Source: Patescibacteria group bacterium
GTDB taxonomy: Bacteria; Patescibacteriota; Minisyncoccia; Phycocordibacterales; UBA9973
Direction: 5' to 3'
Assembly: GCA_040388575.1 (NCBI GenBank)
Contig: JAZKBO010000002.1
Coordinates: forward strand, 95,942-159,941
Length of the DNA: 64,000 bases
Shown: in pieces, positions 1 through 8,801 of the stretch
How the letters are laid out: each line of letters begins with the position of its first letter
Numbering within the stretch: position 1 is the first letter of the stretch
Translations under genes and position numbers: made by a program
The notes under the pieces: generated by a model
What the model was told of the DNA's origin: nothing
Database searches by the model: none
What the model saw: only the letters and a program-made list of their open reading frames with translations

Positions 1-109
1 CTGCCAGTTTTCTAGGTAATAAAAAATTCGTAGCATAGCCGCCATTAACTTCCTTAACATCATATTTTCTACCAACTCGTGGTACATCTTTTAGGAATAT
101 TACTTTCAT
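1..109 (-). CDS. rplI: 50S ribosomal protein L9, N-terminal fragment (gene continues beyond window start)
   Basis: Reverse-complement of 1..109 translates [36 protein letters not shown]. This matches the conserved L9 N-terminus pattern (MKVILLKDV.G.G..GDV..V..GYARNFL.P). The ATG is at about 107-109. Confidence 0.55.
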   Translation of the reverse strand, partial: MKVIFLKDVPRVGRKYDVKEVNGGYATNFLLPRKLA

Positions 110-124
110 AATTTATTTCAATTA

Positions 125-1354
125 TTATTTTATGCCTGGCCAATTTTTTAATAATTCAACAGCTTTGTCTAATTGTGGATCCTTCTTTTCATCGCCATCA
201 GCCTTGGTGAAGTCTACTGCGTAGTCAGGTGTTAAGCCTTTCTTAGATATTGAAGTACCGTTTGGAGTTAGCCATTTAGCTACCGTAATTTTAAGCAAAG
301 TGTCAGGTGTAATGTTTACTACTTCCTGCACGGAGCCCTTACCATAGCTTTGGGCGCCTACAAGTAACGCTTGCTTGTGGTCTTGCATTGCACCGGCGAG
401 AATTTCGGAAGCGGAAGCAGAGCCACCATCCATCAAAATTACAAATTTCAATTTGCCCTTAAATATATCATAGCCCTTACTCCTAAATATATTTGGCTTT
501 TGTGCAGTGCCGTAGTCCTCTGTCACGATAACCTGCCCACTTGGTAGGAACCAGCTTGCCATATCAACAGCTGCGTTTAAGTAGCCACCTGGGTTACCCC
601 TCAAGTCCAGCACCAACTTGTCAGTATGGGCGTCAGCAAACTCTTTAATTGCATTTCTAAATAGTTGCGAGGAAGTAGCTGAAAAGCTGTAGAGTCTTAT
701 TACAAAAACTCCATCTTTACGCATTTCAGTATCAAGCGTCGGGATATTTATGGTGTCGCGCACAATCTTGACCACACGAGCCTCACTTTCACCTTCACGG
801 AAAATAGTTAAGGAAACGGTGGTGCCTTTTTCTCCTCGAATTAATTTAATCGCTTCATCTATCGTCATATTGTTGGTAATAGTGTCATCAATTTTCAGAA
901 TTTTATCACCTGGCTTCATTCCGGCCTTTTCCGCTGGCGAACCCTTAACTGGTGAAACTACAGTCAAAACTTTATCTTTAATGCCTACCTCCATACCAAT
1001 TCCCGTAAAGCTGCCGGCTATATCTGCTTCGAAGGATTTAGCCTCATCTGGCTTGAAAAATACACTATAAGGGTCATTCAAAGAGCCTAGAAGGCCTGAA
1101 ATTGCTCCATATACCCTATCCTGGTCAGTTACCTTATCGGCGCCAGGATACTTCTCATCAATCAAATTCCAGACTTTCCAGAAATTCGTTAGGTCAACTT
1201 GCTCGGCTTTACTGGCTGTATTACCGTTAAAAACTGCTGCAGCTTTGCTGATGGCTAGCTGATTACTGAAGCCGATATAAATACCCAGGAAGAAAAATCC
1301 TGCAACAAAAATAACCGCGATGATTTTACGTTTTGTTTTATAAAATTCCTTCAT
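125..1354 (-). CDS. Carboxyl-terminal processing peptidase (S41 family, Ctp/Prc-like) with PDZ domain; N-terminal TM anchor
   Basis: Motifs GIGMEVG (PDZ), DLRGNPGG, GSASASEI and SYGKGSVQ are typical of S41 tail-specific proteases. There is an N-terminal hydrophobic segment. Confidence 0.85.
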   Translation of the reverse strand: MKEFYKTKRKIIAVIFVAGFFFLGIYIGFSNQLAISKAAAVFNGNTASKAEQVDLTNFWKVWNLIDEKYPGADKVTDQDRVYGAISGLLGSLNDPYSVFFKPDEAKSFEADIAGSFTGIGMEVGIKDKVLTVVSPVKGSPAEKAGMKPGDKILKIDDTITNNMTIDEAIKLIRGEKGTTVSLTIFREGESEARVVKIVRDTINIPTLDTEMRKDGVFVIRLYSFSATSSQLFRNAIKEFADAHTDKLVLDLRGNPGGYLNAAVDMASWFLPSGQVIVTEDYGTAQKPNIFRSKGYDIFKGKLKFVILMDGGSASASEILAGAMQDHKQALLVGAQSYGKGSVQEVVNITPDTLLKITVAKWLTPNGTSISKKGLTPDYAVDFTKADGDEKKDPQLDKAVELLKNWPGIK

Positions 1355-1359
1355 ACTAA

Positions 1360-1587
1360 TTATGCGCTATCTGAAACTGCACCCCCGAAGTCTCTATTTT
1401 CAGAAAAATTATCAAACTGCTTTTTACCTTCCTTCATTTTATGTTCCTTGTATAATACGAAAGCTACATAAATAACAGCTATGCCAGAAAGTGAAAGAAG
1501 AATATTTTTCCAGAAGTATGGAAAGCCAAGATATGGCAATAATGCGACCCACACACCTAGTGCTAAAAGCACTCTTATTTTACGCAT
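1360..1587 (-). CDS. Small membrane protein (2 predicted TM), unknown function
   Basis: 75-aa ORF with two hydrophobic helices. It is tightly packed between the CAP-domain protein gene and ctp on the same strand. Confidence 0.35.
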   Translation of the reverse strand: MRKIRVLLALGVWVALLPYLGFPYFWKNILLSLSGIAVIYVAFVLYKEHKMKEGKKQFDNFSENRDFGGAVSDSA

Positions 1588-1610
1588 GAATACAGTATAT
1601 CAAATGCCTC

Positions 1611-2654
1611 CTAGTATGCAACGATGACGCTGGCAGAGAGGTTGTCAGTCGGAACTTCAACATCAGGATGAAGCAACTTAACATTGGTATAAAATAGAAA
1701 GACGATTACAGCAATAAGCGCTACCCCACGAGCGATGACTGCAGGATGCTGAATTTCAGACTTTATGAAAATTGCCATAAGTAAAGCAAGAATAATTATT
1801 ATACCCACAAGCTCATAGGCATAATTTATGGATGTAAGCGGTGAGGTTATGATTTTTTGCATTAATTGTTTTATTCTCGATTGGTTAGAAGCTTTTTCTG
1901 CAACTGCGCTTGGAGTAGGACTGCTTTGCTCACCTAGTACTTGGAGTGGTGCCCTAGTAGGTGTTTGATTTTGAGTTAATGTGGTTGTTGGCCTTGGAGT
2001 AGGTTTGGGAGCGGGTTTAGGTGCTGGAGTTGTTGGAGTAGGTGTAGCTGTCGTGGGCGCAGGGGTAGGCTTAGGAATTACCCTTAATGGAGTGCCGAAA
2101 AATTGTGCAACGAAGATAGTATCGCGGCCCTTATATGTACCGTTGGCCACGCCTATGCCAATTTCCGTAAAGCCATCCTTGAGTATATTGGCTCGGTGGG
2201 TTGGCGAATTCATCCATGCCTGGTCCACATCACCTGACTCATAAAAATTAACTGCAAGGTTCTCTCCGGCCATAGTGTAGTTATAGCCCACGACATCCAG
2301 CCAGTGCCAAGGAGTTATGCCAGCCGGGCTTGTGTGAGCGAAGTAGCCGAGGGTTGCCATATCATGAGCTTTTAACTCTGCAGCTTTCTGTAATAAATCA
2401 TTATGCTTGAGCGGCGGCAGGTTGTTAGCCTCACGATCATCATTGGCGAGTGAAGTGAGTACACCCGGCAACACAGCAGCGAGGAATTTAGTTTTATCAA
2501 AAACGATAAATACTTGAGCCAGAAATCCTAACTCAACAATAATAACTACGAGGAAGACTGCCAGCATGGATTCGTGTCGGAGAAAATGAGGTTTATATTC
2601 GTTACCTTCGTGCGGGATGAAGTATTTTTGTAGCCACTTGAATACTCGTTTCAT
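1611..2654 (-). CDS. Membrane-anchored CAP/SCP (PR-1-like) domain protein with Pro/Thr-rich linker
   Basis: CAP-domain signature segments YFAHTSPAGITPWHWL...GENLA...WMNSPTHRANIL. These are followed by a PT-rich low-complexity linker (PKPTPAPTTATPTPTTPAPKPAPKPTPRPTTT) and C-terminal hydrophobic helices. Confidence 0.7.
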   Translation of the reverse strand: MKRVFKWLQKYFIPHEGNEYKPHFLRHESMLAVFLVVIIVELGFLAQVFIVFDKTKFLAAVLPGVLTSLANDDREANNLPPLKHNDLLQKAAELKAHDMATLGYFAHTSPAGITPWHWLDVVGYNYTMAGENLAVNFYESGDVDQAWMNSPTHRANILKDGFTEIGIGVANGTYKGRDTIFVAQFFGTPLRVIPKPTPAPTTATPTPTTPAPKPAPKPTPRPTTTLTQNQTPTRAPLQVLGEQSSPTPSAVAEKASNQSRIKQLMQKIITSPLTSINYAYELVGIIIILALLMAIFIKSEIQHPAVIARGVALIAVIVFLFYTNVKLLHPDVEVPTDNLSASVIVAY

Positions 2655-2728
2655 TGCTTTAATTATACACTACTTACCACATAATGTCAATTATGGAAAA
2701 GCTTAAATATTATGGCCATATTATAACA

Positions 2729-3328
2729 CTATTTGGAGGAAAGTACCGCAGTAACCACTAGCCTTTTATCGTGAGTTTTATATTGCGAAACCCAGCTTCC
2801 AGTACAGGTAATGAGCCGCAAAAGCTTGGCATCTTTTTCTTTGAAAACATTCGTACCTTTATCATTAAAGTCATAAGTATCTACCGCACTGACTATGAAA
2901 TGCAGCCTCTCCCCTCCTACTGTCGCCACGTACACATCATCACCAATACTCAAATCTTTTAAATTAGAAAATACACCTGGTAACGACAAACCATTGTCCA
3001 CGTGTCCAGCCATAACTGCGCTACCTAGTTGCCCTGGTAAAATCCCATATCTATACCAACCTACATCAGAGTAGTTAGTGGGTGTGCCCATATTTCCCCT
3101 ACTGGTAATTCCTACGTCAGTAATTTTGGCTTGCACATTAATCTTGGGGATCGAGAGCGTAACTGGATATAGAGCAGAGTCCTTGTTCGCGAGAGCTTCA
3201 TCAGTTACTCCAGGAGGTAGTGGAATTTCATCAGTGGCCGCATAGAAAACGGCTCGGTATAAAGTAATACAGAATATCACTGCCGCCAGGACTGTAATTA
3301 ATATTACAAGTTCTCTTTTATACTTCAT
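2729..3328 (-). CDS. Sortase-family transpeptidase
   Basis: N-terminal TM anchor, catalytic His in AGHVD and the TLxTC-type active-site motif LITCTG. It lies immediately downstream (same strand) of an LPRTG-bearing protein. Confidence 0.8.
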   Translation of the reverse strand: MKYKRELVILITVLAAVIFCITLYRAVFYAATDEIPLPPGVTDEALANKDSALYPVTLSIPKINVQAKITDVGITSRGNMGTPTNYSDVGWYRYGILPGQLGSAVMAGHVDNGLSLPGVFSNLKDLSIGDDVYVATVGGERLHFIVSAVDTYDFNDKGTNVFKEKDAKLLRLITCTGSWVSQYKTHDKRLVVTAVLSSK

Positions 3329-3339
3329 GGTCCTCTTTT

Positions 3340-5802
3340 CTAGGAGTTTTTCTTACGAAGTAGGTATGTAGATCCAAGTAGTGTGATAAGTCCCGATAGT
3401 GCAAGTACAAGTATGTTCATTGCTACGTCGCCGCTGCCGGTGCGAGGTAAGCCAACTTCAGCACCGAGGACTTCTCCAGCTGGTGCAGCTGCTAGCTGTC
3501 CGCCGCCGACACCCTGCACATCTGAATCACCTAACACATCTCCATTATTGTTGTTACTTGATCCACCATGATGACCTCCGCCGCCTCCACCACCACCATT
3601 GCCGTTGTCGGTAGTATCTTCAGTTAATATATTACTTATTACACACTTTTCATTCCAAACTATAATATATTGATCAGACGTAATATTTGTAAGTGCTGGA
3701 GCAGTATTAGTTTGAGATGCAGCTTCTGCAAATGCTTGAGTTGCGCCTGTGCTATAGCCAACTAATCGGAACTTACCTTCTACACATGTACCTCCGATAG
3801 GGAGAACATTACTCGTATTGTCTGTGATCTCGCTCGTAGTGTAGGCAGATCCGGTGGCCATGGCAGCAGTATCAGCGCCATATAAGTCTGCAGCGCCGCC
3901 GAAATTTTCACCAAGGGTGTATGTACCTGTACCTTGTACACCGCCTCCTATATTGGAAGCAGTCCAAGTAGCTGTCATTGGGAAATCATATCCGCTTGCT
4001 GAAGTATCAGTAGCCAATGATCCATCTAGATATTTAAGAACATGAATTTTTACGGTTTCATCACCAAGGACTTGTCCGCAAAGTTTATTTACAACTATTA
4101 TGAATTTATTTGAAGTAATATTTGTCAGGCTAGCAGTGGAAACTGTAGCAGAGGCTAGTGCCAAAGCCTCAGTATCCCCGATTTTATAACCCTCTACCAT
4201 ATATTGGCCTTGATTATTGGCAGTGCATGATGTAGCTACATTATTTTCTGAAGTACTGTAATTAGATCCGGAAGGCATTAGCGCAGTAGTAGCTTCATAT
4301 GCATCTGGATTATTAAATCCTGTTGATCCCAGGTTGAAGTCGCCTTCACCTCCTGGATACACAGCATGCATAGAGAATGTGGCATTGGTGGTATTTACTG
4401 TGGAGGCATGACTAAGCCCGTTAGCGTCGATGAATTTTTCAATTGTTACAGTAACGTCTGCCGGTGGCGGAGTTACACATTCGTTGTTATTGATTGAGAG
4501 TTTGTATAGCAATCCTGCAGGGTTACTAGATGCATCTTGCGGGAAATCAGCGTGGCCGGCACCATGTACCCAGTTGGTTGCTGTGATTTCTATCGTGTTG
4601 GATCCTGTGTGTAACTGCGGAAGTACATTATATGTTTGCTGAGCAGCAAAAGTATTTCCGTTCACTGTTTCGGAGCCAACTGTAATTCCATTAACTTTCG
4701 CAACATAGGTATTATCAGCAGCTATTTCCAGCGATCCACTTGTAGGGGTACCAACAATGTTGAATGTTTTTGTAAACACCTTGGTAAGGTCATTGCCATC
4801 TGGAAATTGTACTGGGTTAGTTGCCCAGATCCATAATGCAGACGGGATGCTTGCAGTCCAGGCTGGATGAATAAATGAAAGTAGCGCAGCATTGTGGCTA
4901 TCAACCTGGGTGCTAGCGTCACTCATAATTGTGCTCGAAGCATTTATATTACAACCTCCGCCTTCATCCGGAATGCACTCTTCACCCACTAAATGAGTTC
5001 CAGCTGGACACTGTGTAGGTGGAGGTGTGCACATATTACCTTGATTGAAAACATCTCCGTAGTATAAAGTAAAACCTTCAGGGAATGGAACGTTCCAATT
5101 TAGAACTCCGTCTTTGTAGAGGTCAATTTGATATGAACAATTAGGAACATTTATCTGGAAAGTAAGTGAACTACATGGAGGAATAGTTAGTGTTTGGTGG
5201 TCGAAAAGTGTCTGAGTAGTCAGCCATGTGCCATGAGGGTCAAAGTTGGGATCATTAGGAGTATAAGGAGAATATGTTTGATACGATCCAAATGTCACTG
5301 TGATAGCGGCATCTCCCCCATTATGAAATTCTGCATTTGCAGTGCCGTCACCTCCTGTGCCATTGTCCGTAACTGAGCCTCCCGTGCCAGAGATATCACA
5401 TCCCAATGGTCCTGGAGGTGTACATTGATTTAAATTAGTTTGAATTCCTGCAATATCGGGACAGACATCATCACTATTACATGGACCTGATGGCTGTACT
5501 CCTGGATCAGTATCTTCATTTGGGCACGCATCTACTACTTGAGTAATAGGTGCATTGTCTACACACCAGCCATCCTTATCTTCTATCTCACCGCCTGTAT
5601 AAAGAAAATCTCCATGTCCTAGGTGGGCATCGAGTGAAGGTCCTGCGGGAGTATCCATGTATTGCCAGCTTGGCCCAGTTTTGTGGCAGATACTTATTTT
5701 ATTGTTACTATCATTTTCTGCCTGGGCAACTAATGCCATTGTTGTCACTATTATTGCGAACATGACCACTGGCGCTATAAACTTAAATACAATTTTTTTC
5801 AT
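3340..5802 (-). CDS. Large secreted surface protein with C-terminal LPXTG-type sorting signal (LPRTG + TM + RKKNS); Gly/His-rich low-complexity tract; internal tandem domain repeats
   Basis: The C-terminus LPRTGSGDVAMNILVLALSGLITLLGSTYLLRKKNS is a canonical sortase sorting signal. The likely true start is MKKIVFKFIAPVVMFAIIVTTMALVAQA (signal peptide) at about 5802, not the ORF-track start 5913. There is a Cys-rich N-terminal region and the run GNGGGGGGGGHHGGSSNNNNG. The segment ...TNITSNKFIIVVNKLC repeats as ...TNITSDQYIIVWNEKC. Confidence 0.75.
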   Translation of the reverse strand: MKKIVFKFIAPVVMFAIIVTTMALVAQAENDSNNKISICHKTGPSWQYMDTPAGPSLDAHLGHGDFLYTGGEIEDKDGWCVDNAPITQVVDACPNEDTDPGVQPSGPCNSDDVCPDIAGIQTNLNQCTPPGPLGCDISGTGGSVTDNGTGGDGTANAEFHNGGDAAITVTFGSYQTYSPYTPNDPNFDPHGTWLTTQTLFDHQTLTIPPCSSLTFQINVPNCSYQIDLYKDGVLNWNVPFPEGFTLYYGDVFNQGNMCTPPPTQCPAGTHLVGEECIPDEGGGCNINASSTIMSDASTQVDSHNAALLSFIHPAWTASIPSALWIWATNPVQFPDGNDLTKVFTKTFNIVGTPTSGSLEIAADNTYVAKVNGITVGSETVNGNTFAAQQTYNVLPQLHTGSNTIEITATNWVHGAGHADFPQDASSNPAGLLYKLSINNNECVTPPPADVTVTIEKFIDANGLSHASTVNTTNATFSMHAVYPGGEGDFNLGSTGFNNPDAYEATTALMPSGSNYSTSENNVATSCTANNQGQYMVEGYKIGDTEALALASATVSTASLTNITSNKFIIVVNKLCGQVLGDETVKIHVLKYLDGSLATDTSASGYDFPMTATWTASNIGGGVQGTGTYTLGENFGGAADLYGADTAAMATGSAYTTSEITDNTSNVLPIGGTCVEGKFRLVGYSTGATQAFAEAASQTNTAPALTNITSDQYIIVWNEKCVISNILTEDTTDNGNGGGGGGGGHHGGSSNNNNGDVLGDSDVQGVGGGQLAAAPAGEVLGAEVGLPRTGSGDVAMNILVLALSGLITLLGSTYLLRKKNS

Positions 5803-5965
5803 AAAATAACTTACGTTAATTATTAATAATTTTTTAAAAATAGACAACGAACTTACACCTACAGAGTACCACATAAACCATAGAACATCAAAAAGGTAGT
5901 TTTTCCACAACAAAGCACCTTCACATAAGACGTGTGAAGTAAAATTAAATTACAACGGTTTAACC

Positions 5966-6304
5966 CTAGAAAGTAAAGTAATGAGCCAAACTACCCACTA
6001 CTGGCAGCTCCTTTTCATTGCCCCCTACTACATTGATTATCCCAATAATTGCTAGGACTAAAAGACAAAGGTGAATGAGGTTAAATAATGGCAACATAGC
6101 CCATAAAAACATGCCACTAAAGAGCACTGAAATAATAACTTCGATACAGAATAATACTAAGCCCTGTTTGGCATGAAATTTAACAAAGGGGTCATCCTTC
6201 TTTACTAAAAGTGAAATAATTACTAGTGGCCCAAGATAAGATAAAATTCCAAATATCGTCCTATCCCCTCCTTTAACAACTGGTGCATTATTTTGTGGAT
6301 CCAT
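5966..6304 (-). CDS. DUF4870-like small membrane protein
   Basis: About 3 TM helices. The ILSYLGPLVIISLL...FVKFHAKQGL pattern is reminiscent of DUF4870/PF09685 (recollection, not searched). Confidence 0.45.
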   Translation of the reverse strand: MDPQNNAPVVKGGDRTIFGILSYLGPLVIISLLVKKDDPFVKFHAKQGLVLFCIEVIISVLFSGMFLWAMLPLFNLIHLCLLVLAIIGIINVVGGNEKELPVVGSLAHYFTF

Positions 6305-6347
6305 AATTTATAATTATGATTAATAATATTATCGATAATTATAGCAA

Positions 6348-6382
6348 AAAAACAAAAAACCGCAATTTGCGGCTTTTTGTTA
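6348..6382 (-). terminator. Rho-independent terminator hairpin (A-run / CCGCA-ATT-TGCGG / T-run), bidirectional in form
   Basis: Reading the minus strand, the GC hairpin followed by a U-run lies 16-40 nt downstream of the metalloprotease stop (6398). Confidence 0.5.
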
Positions 6383-6397
6383 GATAACACTTTATAC

Positions 6398-7210
6398 TTA
6401 GTAAAGTTTGCTTATACCTGCAATGTCTCCGGCGTTTAAGTCCCTCTTTTTAGTTTCACCATTTGCTCCATAAGCGTACATAGTCTCATCCACACATGTG
6501 CTTGCTGGGTGGTCCATACCTACTGCGTGGCCTACTTCATGAGTAGAAATGTTTTCGAAGTCCATTTTAGTTGACTCACCTGTTAGTGACCACTGGAAGT
6601 TGGTATTGAACACTTGATCCCACTCCACTATTACTTGGTTTTGTACAGGACCTGAAAATATACCCCAAACGATAGTAACCGCAATGGTATTAGCATCAGC
6701 TATAGGACCGAAGTAAACCTCGTTTAGTCCATCGGTAGTTGTGTTGTCAGCTACTAGAGTGTTCGATGTTATTGCACCATTACCCATAATGTTGAAGTGA
6801 GATGCATCTTCCCATTTTTGAATATCATTCGCCTCAGTATTAAATAGAGTATTAGTATCAAGGCCGAAAGAATTAGTAGGGTTCATAACCCACCCTTCTG
6901 CTGTTCCTTTCCACTTAGCACCACCACCTGCACCCATGAATGCATAACAAGTACTAGGACCTGGCTTTTTAGAATTTACTGAAGCACTTGCACTTTTAGC
7001 TGGATCTTTTTTATGAACAAAGGCATAGCCCTCTACCATGGAGTCACTTTGCTTATCATAAGTTGTTCCTAAACTGAAAACATCCTGCGCTACTTGTGAA
7101 GCATTAGCAGGCAATTCAAAATCTTTATGCGAATTATTTGGCGCAGCCATCACTGGACTTGCCACAAAGACTATTGATAAGAAAACTGCAAACAAAGATT
7201 TTTTACTCAT
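6398..7210 (-). CDS. Secreted zinc metalloprotease, metzincin/matrixin-like
   Basis: Signal peptide MSKKSLFAVFLSIVFVASPVMAAP. Zinc-binding HExxHxxGxxH motif (HEVGHAVGMDH) followed by a Met-turn (ETMYAY). Confidence 0.75.
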   Translation of the reverse strand: MSKKSLFAVFLSIVFVASPVMAAPNNSHKDFELPANASQVAQDVFSLGTTYDKQSDSMVEGYAFVHKKDPAKSASASVNSKKPGPSTCYAFMGAGGGAKWKGTAEGWVMNPTNSFGLDTNTLFNTEANDIQKWEDASHFNIMGNGAITSNTLVADNTTTDGLNEVYFGPIADANTIAVTIVWGIFSGPVQNQVIVEWDQVFNTNFQWSLTGESTKMDFENISTHEVGHAVGMDHPASTCVDETMYAYGANGETKKRDLNAGDIAGISKLY

Positions 7211-7295
7211 AGATATTATTATATTTAATTTATTAATAATAGTAAACTTCTTATCATTATATACTATATTTAGATAAAAGTCAAGAGTAACAAAA

Positions 7296-7321
7296 AAGCC
7301 CCATTTTGGGGCCTTTTTGCG
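7296..7321 (-). terminator. Rho-independent terminator (A6-GCCCC-ATTTT-GGGGC-T5)
   Basis: Perfect 5-bp GC stem flanked by an A-run and a T-run, 20-45 nt downstream of the minus-strand stop at 7341. Confidence 0.6.
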
Positions 7322-7340
7322 GTCGTCCTATATTTAGTTT

Positions 7341-8624
7341 TTAGTGTTTACCTGCGTGTGGATTTGCTTGAACGTAGCTCACACACTGACCCTGATTCTT
7401 AAATGTTGGGCTGGTGAATGACTTCCATCCATCTGCCCTACATTGATCCTTGTCAGTTGGTGCACCTGATGTGGTATCAGCTGCAAAGTTCGCGGTAACA
7501 GATATGTTCGCTTGAACATTAGTATCTGTTCTTGGATTTGCAGTTGAGGCGTCAGACCAATTAACGAAGTGATAACCTGCATTACCTACTGCAGTTACAG
7601 CTGTACCATTAGCACCTTGGTTTACAGTTTGTGGGGATGTGCCGGAAATAGTTCCGTTGGCACCAGCGGTGTAAGTCAAGGTGTATTGGGTGACAGTATT
7701 AGGAGAGGTAGTGAAATTCAATTCCGCACCTGGATACCATGTACCCCCTACATTGGACCATGCTACAAAGTAGTAAGTCGTGTTTGGAGTAACTGCAGGC
7801 ATATTACTTGGAACTCCGCTTGTCGTAAGTGAAGATAGCAAAGCAGAGAAAGCAGTATTTCCAGCTATAGCACCCATGTCAGGAGTTGAGTAAACTCCAG
7901 CTGGGATACTTGGACTAGCAGTACTGAACGGACTTGTGGAAACCCAGAATGAGTGACCGACAGCTGCATTAGGCCCATTGGTACCATTTAGTGTTGCATC
8001 AGTTGAAGTTATGCCAGTTGCGGGATTAGTTGTAACATTGTCAGCAACTACACTTCCTAAATGAATGTTGCTCACTGTCCATGAGCCCGCATCATCAGCA
8101 ATAATAAACGGTACATCGGTACTGACTTTATATGTTGGAAAAGCTGCAACGAATGCTGCCCAGCCAGTATAACCACCAACGTCTCCACCTGTGATGAATA
8201 TTTTACAGTTAGGGTCATTGATAGGATCTACAAGATTACTTCCGCTAGTGCAGAGATTTGCGCCAATGAATGCATAAACATCAGTCGTACCATTTGCATC
8301 AGTGTCTATTGGAAGACTGATTCTTGGTGAGCCAGCCGTAGGGGTGCCAGTATAAGTAAACGAGAGCTGATCTGTACCCACTTGAGCAAGAGTCTTGCCG
8401 GTTAGAGTACTTGTAGGCGTATAAACTCCAGAGTAAGAGCCATCAGGGTCCCCACCAGAATTATCTAGTGTGGCAGTGCCTGCAGCTATTGAACAATTAC
8501 CGCCGTAGATGGTAACGTCAGAAACTCCACTAAAACATGTTAATGGATTTGGCGCAGCGTTGACTGAAAATGCAAAGCCTAAAGCGATAAGGGTAGCTAT
8601 TGATAATAGAGTTAATTTTTTCAT
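7341..8624 (-). CDS. Secreted Ser/Thr/Gly-rich surface protein with C-terminal Flg_new (Listeria-Bacteroides/InlB B-type) repeat
   Basis: Signal peptide MKKLTLLSIATLIALGFAFSVNA. The segment YTLTYTAGANGTISGTSPQTVNQGANGTAVTAVGNAGYHFVNWSD fits the Flg_new repeat pattern (Y.v.fdangG......v..G......P.r.GY.F.gW). Confidence 0.6.
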   Translation of the reverse strand: MKKLTLLSIATLIALGFAFSVNAAPNPLTCFSGVSDVTIYGGNCSIAAGTATLDNSGGDPDGSYSGVYTPTSTLTGKTLAQVGTDQLSFTYTGTPTAGSPRISLPIDTDANGTTDVYAFIGANLCTSGSNLVDPINDPNCKIFITGGDVGGYTGWAAFVAAFPTYKVSTDVPFIIADDAGSWTVSNIHLGSVVADNVTTNPATGITSTDATLNGTNGPNAAVGHSFWVSTSPFSTASPSIPAGVYSTPDMGAIAGNTAFSALLSSLTTSGVPSNMPAVTPNTTYYFVAWSNVGGTWYPGAELNFTTSPNTVTQYTLTYTAGANGTISGTSPQTVNQGANGTAVTAVGNAGYHFVNWSDASTANPRTDTNVQANISVTANFAADTTSGAPTDKDQCRADGWKSFTSPTFKNQGQCVSYVQANPHAGKH

Positions 8625-8763
8625 AATATTTTTCTTGATTAAGTTAATAATTAATAATGATAAATTTTAATAATGTCATTTAAGATCTGTAAGCCAAACA
8701 ATCGCCATAATTGGCCTCATAAACTAAGACGAAATTAAGGCGGTATTATTGCAGAACTAGGCA

Positions 8764-8792
8764 TTGTCAGTTAGAAATTTATGTAGTATAAT
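8764..8792 (+). promoter_or_regulatory. Sigma70-like promoter TTGTCA-N17-TATAAT with ATG 9 nt downstream (leaderless-type)
   Basis: TTGTCA (8764-8769), 17-nt spacer, TATAAT (8787-8792). The core 'ATGTAGTATAATCT' is identical to the promoter at 38140-38168. Confidence 0.5.
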
Positions 8793-8801
8793 CTGTTTTT
8801 T

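Noticed and set aside
1981-2244. Plus-strand ORF encoding Gly/Val/Ala repeats (MVVGLGVGLGAGLGAG...)
   Set aside because: It is antisense to the Pro/Thr-rich linker of the CAP-domain gene, so it is a mirror-image low-complexity artefact.
3540-3600. Repetitive GGN/CCN run considered as possible CRISPR-like or satellite repeat
   Set aside because: It lies in-frame within the LPXTG protein gene and encodes a poly-Gly/His tract. There is no repeat-spacer organisation anywhere in the window.
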